Assembly (NCBI GenBank): GCA_965222095.1
Contig: CBDCTD010000003.1
Span: 977,027-1,041,026 of the forward strand
Direction: 5' to 3'
Origin: Bryobacterales bacterium
GTDB taxonomy: Bacteria; Acidobacteriota; Terriglobia; Bryobacterales; UBA6623
DNA length: 64,000 nt
The notes under the pieces were generated by a model that was not told the DNA's origin, ran no database searches, and saw only the letters and a program-made list of their open reading frames with translations. The number at the start of each line of letters is the position of its first letter. Position 1 is the first letter of the stretch. This document shows, in pieces, positions 55,705-63,412 of the stretch. The position numbers and the translations under genes were made by a program.

Positions 55705-56826
55705 TAGTGCTTACTATCATAAATAACAGTATGTATGAGACAATGCGGCATGGCAAGAATAGCCACGCGTATCAGACTCAGTACTGGGGAACGCCGGACG
55801 TTGGAGGGCTGGGGACGCGCGCACAAGAGCGAGCGCCGTGCGGCGGACAGAGCCCGGATCATTTTGTTGGCGGCGCAAGGGATGTCGAACCGGGAGATCG
55901 CCGCCCAGTTGGGCACGCGGGCCGCACGAGTGTCGAAGTGGCGTACGCGCTTCGCTGGCCAACGACTGGCCGGTCTGGCGGATGAAACGCGACCCGGCAA
56001 GCCGCGGCGATACGACGCTGACACCGAAAAACGCATTCTGCAAAAGCTGGACGACACGCCGCCTTGCGGACAGGCGACCTGGACGGCTCCACGGCTGGCC
56101 GCGGCGCTGGGCGATGTCAGCGACCAACAGGTCTGGCGCGTGTTGCGTCGGCGCGGCATCTCGTTGTGCCGGCGGCGTAGTTGGTGCCTCTCCACCGATC
56201 CCGAATTCTCGCGTAAAGCCGCCAACATCGTGGGACTCTATCTGCACCCGCCTGACAACGCCATCGTGCTGGCGGTCGACGAGAAGCCCAACATCCAGGC
56301 CCTGGAGCGCGCCCAGGGTTGGCTCAGACTGCCCGACGGCAAGGCTTTGACGGGTTTCTCGCACGGCTACAAGCGCCACGGCACAACGACCTTGTTCGCG
56401 GCCCTGGAGGTCGCCACCGGCCACGTCACGGCCGGGCATTACCGGCGCCGCAGACGGCGTGAGTTTCTTGACTTCATGAATCAACTGGTCGATCTCTACC
56501 AAGGTTTTGAGTTGCACGTCGTACTGGACAACCTCAACACCCACAAACCGAAACGTGATCGCTGGCTCAAACGCCACCGCAAGGTGCACCTGCACTACAC
56601 GCCCACCTACGCCTCCTGGCTCAACCAGGTCGAGATCTGGTTCAGTATTCTCAGCCGTAGAGCGTTGCGCGGGGCCAGTTTCACCTCCCCTTACGAAGTA
56701 CGCCAGGCCATCGACCGCTTCGTCCAAGCGCACAACAAAAACGCCGCCCCGTTCGAATGGACCAAGGCTAACGTCCAGCAGCGACCCCTTTCTCATTCAT
56801 ACGCTAATTTATGATAGTAAGCACTA
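55705..56826 (+). mobile_element. IS630-family element 1
   Basis: Perfect IR CTAGTGCTTACTATCATAAAT (55704) / ATTTATGATAGTAAGCACTAG (to 56827), with imperfect extension; TA at both ends. Confidence 0.95.
55735..56814 (+). CDS. IS630 DDE transposase
   Basis: N-terminal HTH, VDEKP, YKRHGT, LDN, SWLNQVEIWF. Confidence 0.95.
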   Translation: MRQCGMARIATRIRLSTGERRTLEGWGRAHKSERRAADRARIILLAAQGMSNREIAAQLGTRAARVSKWRTRFAGQRLAGLADETRPGKPRRYDADTEKRILQKLDDTPPCGQATWTAPRLAAALGDVSDQQVWRVLRRRGISLCRRRSWCLSTDPEFSRKAANIVGLYLHPPDNAIVLAVDEKPNIQALERAQGWLRLPDGKALTGFSHGYKRHGTTTLFAALEVATGHVTAGHYRRRRRREFLDFMNQLVDLYQGFELHVVLDNLNTHKPKRDRWLKRHRKVHLHYTPTYASWLNQVEIWFSILSRRALRGASFTSPYEVRQAIDRFVQAHNKNAAPFEWTKANVQQRPLSHSYANL

Positions 56827-56829
56827 GCG

Positions 56830-56864
56830 AAAAAAAACGCCCCCTAGCGAACGGTGGGAGGCGT
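56830..56864 (-). terminator. Putative intrinsic terminator
   Basis: A8 tract next to imperfect hairpin ACGCCCCCTA/TGGGAGGCGT. Confidence 0.4.
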
Positions 56865-56915
56865 GGGCGAGGGGTGAGGAAGAGGGAGATCGGCCCGTTA
56901 GCAACGAGTGCGTTC

Positions 56916-57170
56916 TCATCGAAATAGGAAACCATCGAAATAGGAAACTGTCCCCGGTTTCCCCCGGTTTGCCGGAGGTGTCCCTAAGAAGTCGTCGGCA
57001 TCGTGGATGAGGACGACGACGAAGGCGGACTGATCGGCTTGGGGGAAGTGTCCTGTGACTTTGAAGCTGGTGGCGGTAGCGGAGTGGATAGCGGCGGAGG
57101 CCCCGAGGGGATCGAAGCCTCGGAGGGCGATGACGCGGTTGGGCTGCGTTTTGAAGATGGTTTCGGGCAT
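56916..57170 (-). pseudogene. Truncated N-terminus of a probable prophage-related protein
   Basis: MPETIFKTQPNRVIALRGFD...HSATATSFKVTG...HDADDF, recalled as the start of larger acidobacterial phage-associated proteins; runs into a GGGGACAG repeat. Confidence 0.4.
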
Positions 57171-57236
57171 GGTTGTTTTAGGGTTTTTCGCCCTGATTTG
57201 GTGGCTGGTTGAATTCTGCCCCTTTAGGGGGAGCTA

Positions 57237-57259
57237 TTTGGCATAATTGACGTGCTGAA
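57237..57259 (+). promoter_or_regulatory. Shared 23-bp upstream motif, copy 1
   Basis: TTTGGCATAATTGACGTGCTGAA, 22/23 identical to 60648-60670; contains TGnCATAAT. Confidence 0.65.
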
Positions 57260-57365
57260 CTGGGGCGGTCGAGAGTTCGCGGACGGACGGGACTGGTATT
57301 ACGCGGGTCAGCTTAAACAAGAGCAAGAGTTGGATGCGCAAACGGCCGTACTCATACGTGGCAAG

Positions 57366-58175
57366 ATGACAAAAGGAAAGAGATTCGATCGCACTCGGTT
57401 CCCGCCCGAGGTGCTTGCACGGGCCCGAGAGAAGCTCGGATCGATCCTTGAGGGGAAAAAGATTCCATTCCTCAGGGAGACTCGGCGTGTGTCGTTCGCC
57501 GATGGCGAGACCTGGCACCACGACTCGGATGATGAATTCTACTCCGATCTGCGTCGCCCACACGCGTCCGCCAAGTTCCATGTCTACTCGGAACACTACG
57601 GCTTCGAAGTCACGTTCCACTTGAATAGGACCGAAGTGGACGTTGAAGCCCCCTCGAGGGAAGAAATCTCCTCGCTCTTCGAGATCTTTGAGGAGGCCGC
57701 CCCTGGCTGTCGCCTGCCGGAACCGGAGAAGCCTGATGAGGAGCCGCCGCGTGCCCGTATCTTCATCGGACACGGACGCTCTGACCAGTGGCGGGACCTG
57801 AAGGACCATCTTCACGAGCAGCATGGTTACGAAGTCGAAGCTTACGAGATTGGTGCTCGTGCAGGTCACACGATCCGGGACATTCTCCAGCAGATGCTCC
57901 GTCGCAGCAATTTCGCTCTCCTCGTCCTAACGGGTGAGGATGAAACGCAGGATGGTAGACTCCGCGCACGACCGAACGTCATTCATGAACTCGGGCTGTT
58001 CCAGGGGCGGCTCGGTTTCGCGCGAGCTGTCGCATTGGTGGAGGCGGGCACGGACGACTTCTCAAATCTCCAGGGTGTCCATCAGATTCGATACGGCAAG
58101 GGAAATATCAAGGAGACATTCGGCGAGATCCTAGCGACATTACGACGAGAGTTCGAGGCTAATAGGGCGTTGTAG
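57366..58175 (+). CDS. Cap12/Pycsar-type TIR domain protein with unknown N-terminal domain
   Basis: RIFIGHGR, FALLVLTGED, RARPNVIHELGLFQGRLG, FSNLQG; ATG 57366 preferred over GTG 57252. Confidence 0.85.
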   Translation: MTKGKRFDRTRFPPEVLARAREKLGSILEGKKIPFLRETRRVSFADGETWHHDSDDEFYSDLRRPHASAKFHVYSEHYGFEVTFHLNRTEVDVEAPSREEISSLFEIFEEAAPGCRLPEPEKPDEEPPRARIFIGHGRSDQWRDLKDHLHEQHGYEVEAYEIGARAGHTIRDILQQMLRRSNFALLVLTGEDETQDGRLRARPNVIHELGLFQGRLGFARAVALVEAGTDDFSNLQGVHQIRYGKGNIKETFGEILATLRREFEANRAL

Positions 58176-58232
58176 CCCGACAGCGGGAGCAGGACCGGTT
58201 TTTGTGAAAGACGGGCTAAAAAGGAGTTAGGC
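58157..58232 (+). other. Degenerate integron attC-like site
   Basis: R'' GGCTAAT, 5 bp, L'' GTTGTAGC, loop, L' GCTAAAA, 4 bp, R' GTTAGGC; stem TAGCCCG/CGGGCTA. Confidence 0.6.
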
Positions 58233-58269
58233 GGCCTAAGCATGGAAGACTCTCAACTCGACAAGCTAC

Positions 58270-59420
58270 TAGTGTAGTGCCACATAAATAACTGGACAAT
58301 CACACCCTTTTCACGGTAGGATGGTTTATGTGGCCATCCGCTGACGCTCTACCCCTCACCGCTCCGCAGCGAAACGCTCTTCGTCGCCTGGTTCGAGGAG
58401 GCAACACAGCCCAGAAAATGGCCTTACGGGCAGGCATTGTTTTGCTGTGTGCGCAGGGGTTGGCGAACCACGCCATTGCCCGCGAACTCGGCGTCAACCG
58501 CAAGACCGTCATCCTGTGGCGAAAGCGCTTCGCCCAGTCCGGCCTCGACGGACTCCGCGATCGGACGCGCCCCGGACGCAAACCGGCGCTCTCCGCTGAA
58601 TTCGTCCAATGCATCCTCGATACAACGCTTCACGAGAAGCCCCGGGCGGCCACGCATTGGAGCACCCGCACCCTCGCCAAGCACTTGGGCGTCTCCAAGA
58701 TGGCCATCCAGCGCGTCTGGAAAGCGCACGGACTGCAGCCCCATCGCCTCGAAACTTTCAAGCTCAGCCGCGACAAGCAGTTCGTCGAGAAACTCCGCGA
58801 CGTGGTCGGTCTGTACTTGAATCCGCCCGAGCACGCGCTGGTGCTCAGTGTCGATGAGAAAAGTCAGATCCAGGCCTTAGACCGCAGCCAGCCGGGACTG
58901 CCCCTGAAAAGGGGTCGTGCCGGCACCATGACCCACGACTTCAAACGACATGGCACAACGACGTTGTTCGCCGCCTTCAATGTGCTCGACGGCAAGGTGA
59001 TCGGCGAGTGTCTGCCGCGACATCGGCACCAGGAATTCCTCAAATTCCTACGCAAGATCGACCGCGAAACGCCACCGGCGCTGGAGCTGCATCTGATCGT
59101 GGACAACTACTCCACGCACAAGCATGAGCAAGTGAAGAAGTGGCTCGCGAAGCACCCCCGCTTTCACTTCATTCCCACGTCTTCTTCTTGGCTCAATCTC
59201 GTCGAGCGCTGGTTCCGCGAGCTGACACAGAAGCGCATCCGCCGCGGCGTGTTCCGCAGTGTTCCCGAACTCGAGGCCGCCATCCACGAGTACCTGGAAG
59301 CGAGCAACCAAGCGCCCAAGCCCTTTGTCTGGACAGCTCCGGCACAAGATATCCTCGCCAAAGTCGAGCGCGCCGCCAAAACCCACGCCATTGTCCAGAA
59401 CCGTTAGTGGCACTACACTA
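58270..59420 (+). mobile_element. IS630-family element 2
   Basis: IR CTAGTGTAGTGCCAC (58269) / GTGGCACTACACTAG (to 59421); TA duplication in a CTAG target. Confidence 0.95.
58328..59407 (+). CDS. IS630 DDE transposase
   Basis: THWSTR, VDEKSQIQALDR, THDFKRHGT, VDN, SWLNLVERWF. Confidence 0.95.
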   Translation: MWPSADALPLTAPQRNALRRLVRGGNTAQKMALRAGIVLLCAQGLANHAIARELGVNRKTVILWRKRFAQSGLDGLRDRTRPGRKPALSAEFVQCILDTTLHEKPRAATHWSTRTLAKHLGVSKMAIQRVWKAHGLQPHRLETFKLSRDKQFVEKLRDVVGLYLNPPEHALVLSVDEKSQIQALDRSQPGLPLKRGRAGTMTHDFKRHGTTTLFAAFNVLDGKVIGECLPRHRHQEFLKFLRKIDRETPPALELHLIVDNYSTHKHEQVKKWLAKHPRFHFIPTSSSWLNLVERWFRELTQKRIRRGVFRSVPELEAAIHEYLEASNQAPKPFVWTAPAQDILAKVERAAKTHAIVQNR

Positions 59421-60647
59421 GAGCGGCTGCCGTATACAGACGGCTCAGGCAGGCGACGTTTTGTAGCCGGGGGAATCCTGCTGATCGGGATTGCCTTCTT
59501 CAACTGGCCGTCGGTTCGCGCGGCGGTTGGGGAAGTCAATGCCACAGACATCATCGGGATCCCGGTAATCGCCGCGGGAGCCGTGCTCGTGGTCTACGCC
59601 CTTGGGAGCATCGTCGAGATGCTCGGCGAGTTCTTTCTGATTAGGGCGGTATCGGGTGTCTTCTGGGCTTTGGGGTTCCCGGGTCGGAGTATGGCCCTTC
59701 GAACATCACCTCTCGGGAAGCTCAGCGCCGGCCTGCTCTCCGCCGTGGCGGTGTTTTTCCTGGCGGTGTGGAACCTGCTGAAGGGCCTGCTCGGTAGAAC
59801 GAACTACGCCATCTCACTCGAACCGAAGCTCACACCGAAAGCGCGCGAGCTCTACGCCAAGCTTCCGAGCAAGGTGGTGTCGGGTCTTTCCCGTCCCGTT
59901 GGCGACGATGCGGAGATAGCTCTGAAGCACATCACCGAGTTGCTACCTGAGTCGGATCGCAAATGGGCTCGACGCTTAGTGAATCGGGCAAAGGACGTGT
60001 CAGCGATCACCACGGCGCTTTTCCTGCTCGCGATCACCGCGGTCGGTTCGGGAGTGGTGGGCCCGTTGTCGACAGGCGTTCAGGCATCGCTACTCCCGTT
60101 CGAGCAGAAAAAGGAGTCGATCCGCCGCCAAGTGTCCGATTTCGGCCAAGGTGGAACAATGGCGCAGTACGCTTTTTTTATTAGCGGGGGTTTTAGGGAT
60201 AGTATGCGGTTGTTGTCCCTTGGCGCAGCAACGGGATGGCATGCCCTTTTTCTGGCCGGACTTGAGGAAGCTGAAACCAATTTAAGGGAGACGCCTTATG
60301 ACGGGGAATCCACGGACGATTTGAAAGCGCTGGACGGCCTATGGAAAGAATTGAACTCTCTCCGCACCGCTGCTGACGAACTCGTTGCAATAGCCGACCA
60401 ATGGCATGCAGAGCGGCCGCGCCGAGAAGCGCTGGCAGCGATTCAGACAGTCGCCTACACCGCACCGTTCTTGTTTCTATACATTGGTTTCTTTACTAGT
60501 CTCAGGAACGCGGTGGTCTCGATCATTGAAACCGTGGCGATGCAAGAGAGCGCAGCGCCCCCAAGCGCGGAGGCCTAGCGGGGCGCGGCGGGTACAGCGC
60601 AGCACGTGCTCCAACCGAGGTAAATGCTGGCCGGTTGGAGGGGATTC

Positions 60648-60670
60648 TTTGGCATAATCGACGTGCTGAA
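60648..60670 (+). promoter_or_regulatory. Shared 23-bp upstream motif, copy 2
   Basis: TTTGGCATAATCGACGTGCTGAA, 23 bp before ATG 60694. Confidence 0.65.
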
Positions 60671-60693
60671 ACCTCAGAAAGGAAAGATGGAAC

Positions 60694-61515
60694 ATGCCCG
60701 AGCTAATGGAGAAAAAAACCTGCTTCGTGATCTCACCGATCGGTTCCGAAGGCTCAGATATTCGGAGACGTGCCGATCAAGTGCTGCGGCACATCATTAC
60801 CCCTGCTGCTTCAGCCTGTGGCTTTGAACCCATTCGGGCCGACCAAATATCCGAACCCGGAATGATAACCAGTCAGGTCATCCAGCACATCGTAGACGAC
60901 CCGCTCGTCCTAGCCGACCTAACAGGGGCGAACCCCAATGTTTTCTACGAACTGGCCTTGCGGCACGCGATTCGGAAGCCACTCGTTCAGATCATCGAAA
61001 AGGGTGACAAGGTACCATTCGATGTCGCTGGTATGCGAACGATTCAGGTGGATCACAAGGACTTGGACAGCGTGCAGGAGTCAAAGCAGGAGATTCAGAA
61101 ACAGATCGACAACGTCGTCCACAAGAAACCGGAGGACATTGAATCCCCGGTTTCAGTTTCACTTGAATTACAGGCCCTGCGGAACAGCGAGAATCCAGAG
61201 GAGCGGTCGTTTGCAGAATTCCGATTGACGATGACTGAAATGCGCTTGGAAATTGCGTCAATCAACGAGCGGCTGAGCCAGCCAGAGTCGCTACTGCCCC
61301 CTAGTTACTTGGGAGAGGTCTTGGGACATACACTGGGCAGGACTCAGCGAGCTGCAGCAGGCGACGATGCCCTTGGTATGCTAGCCCGCCAGGTGCAGAG
61401 AGTTCTAATAGCTTTAGACAAACTGCCTGAAGGGAAAGAGTGGCCGGAAGAAACGTCCTTCGAGATTGAAAGACTGAAGGAGATCTGGAGCCACCTTGCC
61501 CGGCGGCTTGCCTGA
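60694..61515 (+). CDS. Nucleoside 2-deoxyribosyltransferase-like protein with helical C-terminus
   Basis: CFVISPIG, IRADQI, LADLTGANPNVFYELALRHA, PFDV. Confidence 0.78.
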   Translation: MPELMEKKTCFVISPIGSEGSDIRRRADQVLRHIITPAASACGFEPIRADQISEPGMITSQVIQHIVDDPLVLADLTGANPNVFYELALRHAIRKPLVQIIEKGDKVPFDVAGMRTIQVDHKDLDSVQESKQEIQKQIDNVVHKKPEDIESPVSVSLELQALRNSENPEERSFAEFRLTMTEMRLEIASINERLSQPESLLPPSYLGEVLGHTLGRTQRAAAGDDALGMLARQVQRVLIALDKLPEGKEWPEETSFEIERLKEIWSHLARRLA

Positions 61516-61686
61516 ACGGCTCCGTGGCGCGAATTATTTGTATCGCTAAAGGCGTTTTCACGCGATACTTGCGCTAGTTGGGCTGCCCAACGTCAGACAG
61601 GGCACATTTTCAGAAACCCATCCGCGGAGGCGCGGAGATTGAAACACCTCATTTCGGACGACCCGAGCGAAAATGCGGTCTGTCTA

Positions 61687-61738
61687 CGGACACGGCGGTC
61701 CGCCCCTACAAAATGTTCGGGCAATGCCGGCCGTCCAA
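61687..61738. repeat. Direct repeat A (GTAG-type REP plus flank)
   Basis: CGGACACGGCGGTCCGCCCCTACAAAATGTTCGGGCAATGCCGGCCGTCCAA, near-identical to 62700-62753. Confidence 0.85.
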
Positions 61739-61760
61739 ACCCTTGTGAGATCACCAGCTC

Positions 61761-61832
61761 GATGTCGCCACAAATGGCGACACGGCACGCAAGAATGCGT
61801 GCGCCACGACCGCTCCCTGACGGTCGCGGCTC
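61761..61832. repeat. Two further REP-type palindromes
   Basis: TGTCGCCA/TGGCGACA and GCACGCA/TGCGTGC hairpins, then GACCGCTCCCTGACGGTCGCGGCTC (related copy at 18186). Confidence 0.7.
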
Positions 61833-61879
61833 GGAAGAACCTGCGAACAGCCCCGAAGGACCGGTAGGATTGCCGGTCC

Positions 61880-62212
61880 CTACCAATCAGCTGCGCTTAC
61901 GCGCTGGGGCGTGCGCGGCTGCACGCGGATCCGGACTTCGACCTGTCTGCCCAAACGATCAACGATCTTCATCAGGCGATCGATGGTAAAGCGGTCGAGC
62001 TTGGCGTTGCGGATGCGGGCAAAGTCGGCGTGGTTGACGCCGGTCTTCTCCTGGGCCTTGCGGGTGGAGAGCCCCTCATCGTCGAGAATGCCGATGATCC
62101 GGGCGGCGAGAATCGCCTTGGTTTGCTCGACGTCGGCTGCGGGGTGGCCGAAGTCGCGGAACACGTTGCCGCTACCGCGGACAACCTCGAAATCGTCGCT
62201 GCTTTTGCTCAC
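61880..62212 (-). CDS. XRE/HigA-like HTH antitoxin
   Basis: GSGNVFRDFG, HTH, FTIDRL; overlaps the toxin stop (ATGA). Confidence 0.88.
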   Translation of the reverse strand: MSKSSDDFEVVRGSGNVFRDFGHPAADVEQTKAILAARIIGILDDEGLSTRKAQEKTGVNHADFARIRNAKLDRFTIDRLMKIVDRLGRQVEVRIRVQPRTPQRVSAADW

Positions 62213-62577
62213 TGCTTCAACTCCTGCTTTAATCGTTTGAGCCGCTCACGGATCAACGCCAGGTCCTTTCGCGGCGTCTTGATGCCTTGCTTGGCCTTCT
62301 TCTGGAAGGCGTGCAGCACCCAAACGTCCTGACCCAGCTGCAAGGCGTAGACCGTCCGATAGGCATTGGTTCGGTACTTGAGGGCCACCTCGAAGACGCC
62401 CGAGCCAAAACCTTTCAGTGGCTTGGCTGAGTCAGCCTTGCGGCCTTCGGCCGCAATCGTCAGCCCGCGCAGGATTTCGGTCCGTGCGCCTCGCGGGAAA
62501 CCTTCGAAGTCCTTCCGGGCGGCCTTGATCCAGGAGATACGCCTGGTATCTCTGCTGCTCACACGTAATGGTGTCAT
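62209..62577 (-). CDS. RelE/ParE (HigB, Gp49-like) toxin
   Basis: KPLKGFGSGVFE, AYRTVY, VLHAFQKK, IKTP; toxin-first gene order; start uncertain. Confidence 0.88.
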   Translation of the reverse strand: MTPLRVSSRDTRRISWIKAARKDFEGFPRGARTEILRGLTIAAEGRKADSAKPLKGFGSGVFEVALKYRTNAYRTVYALQLGQDVWVLHAFQKKAKQGIKTPRKDLALIRERLKRLKQELKQ

Positions 62578-62699
62578 ATTTGCCACCAAGCGTCAAGGGG
62601 CGAAGAGCGGTGGGAAAAAAGAGCCGTGGGCCGGCGCCCTGGCGGGCACGGCTTCTAGGGTGGTTCGCCGGGGAGGTGGGAGGCTTGATCCGTTTTGGG

Positions 62700-62753
62700 C
62701 GGACACGGTGGCCCGCCCCTACAAATATCGTTCGGGCAATGCTGGCCGTCCAA
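62700..62753. repeat. Direct repeat B
   Basis: CGGACACGGTGGCCCGCCCCTACAAATATCGTTCGGGCAATGCTGGCCGTCCAA. Confidence 0.85.
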
Positions 62754-62941
62754 CGCTCGCGAGAAAGGCGGCTTCTCCAGCCGGAGGAAAAGAAAAGCGG
62801 TGGGAGGGGCCCGTGGCCTTGGGTTAAGAACCTAGCCCGCATTTCCCACCACGACCGCGGCGGATGAGGCGAAAGGCCCGGCGGCCATGGCCTGCGGCAA
62901 CAGTTTGTGTACATCGCCCTGCGTACAGTATGTCGGCACGC

Positions 62942-62966
62942 GGGCGCGATGAATCGCGCCCCTACA
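62942..62966. repeat. GTAG-family REP
   Basis: GGGCGCGATGAATCGCGCCCCTACA hairpin; related copy at 54158-54180. Confidence 0.7.
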
Positions 62967-63022
62967 TTCCTGACGGCGGGCCCCTGCTTCGAGTCTTGCC
63001 GACCGCTGGTGAGAAAGGCAGG

Positions 63023-63412
63023 CTAGAGCAGTACGGAATCAATGGGTTGCGTTACTGGGGGTTGGAGGGCAAGGGGTTGGCGATTCTCCAAATAGTCGAC
63101 GAGCTGGGCTGGGGAGTCTTCGAAGAAATCGTGCACCAGCCGGTCGAGGGCGATGTCGAGGGCGTCATCGCGGGTTAGGACCGGTGAGTAGACGTAGCTG
63201 CGTCCTCGCTTTTCACGCCGCACGGCCCCCTTCTTGGCCAGCCGATCGAGCAGGGTCAGAACGGTCGTATAAGCGAGTGACCGCGTCATCCTCATGTGGG
63301 TTTGTGTCTGGCCGACGGTGGCGTTCTCCATATCCCACAGCGACTTCATGACCTCGAGCTCCAGTGGCGGCAGCAGTCGCCTCGGCGCGGGTTCGGGAAC
63401 GGTTGAAGTCAT
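63023..63412 (-). CDS. BlaI/MecI/CopY family regulator
   Basis: LELEVMKSLW, LAYTTVLTLLDRLAKKG, YVYSP, FFEDS. Confidence 0.9.
   Translation of the reverse strand: MTSTVPEPAPRRLLPPLELEVMKSLWDMENATVGQTQTHMRMTRSLAYTTVLTLLDRLAKKGAVRREKRGRSYVYSPVLTRDDALDIALDRLVHDFFEDSPAQLVDYLENRQPLALQPPVTQPIDSVLL

Larger units (their letters stand above)
58242..60578 (+). pseudogene. Multi-pass membrane protein gene interrupted by IS630
   Basis: Removing the IS and one TA joins 58242-58271 to 59421-60578 in frame: MEDSQLDKLLERLPYTDG..., 395 aa, about 5 hydrophobic segments. Confidence 0.85.

Noticed and set aside
55717-56796. 359-aa antisense ORF over IS630 transposase 1
   Set aside because: Mirror frame of a GC-rich transposase gene with no independent motifs.
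59259-59420. ORF-track N-terminus of the 439-aa ORF
   Set aside because: These codons lie inside IS630; the native start is ATG 58242.
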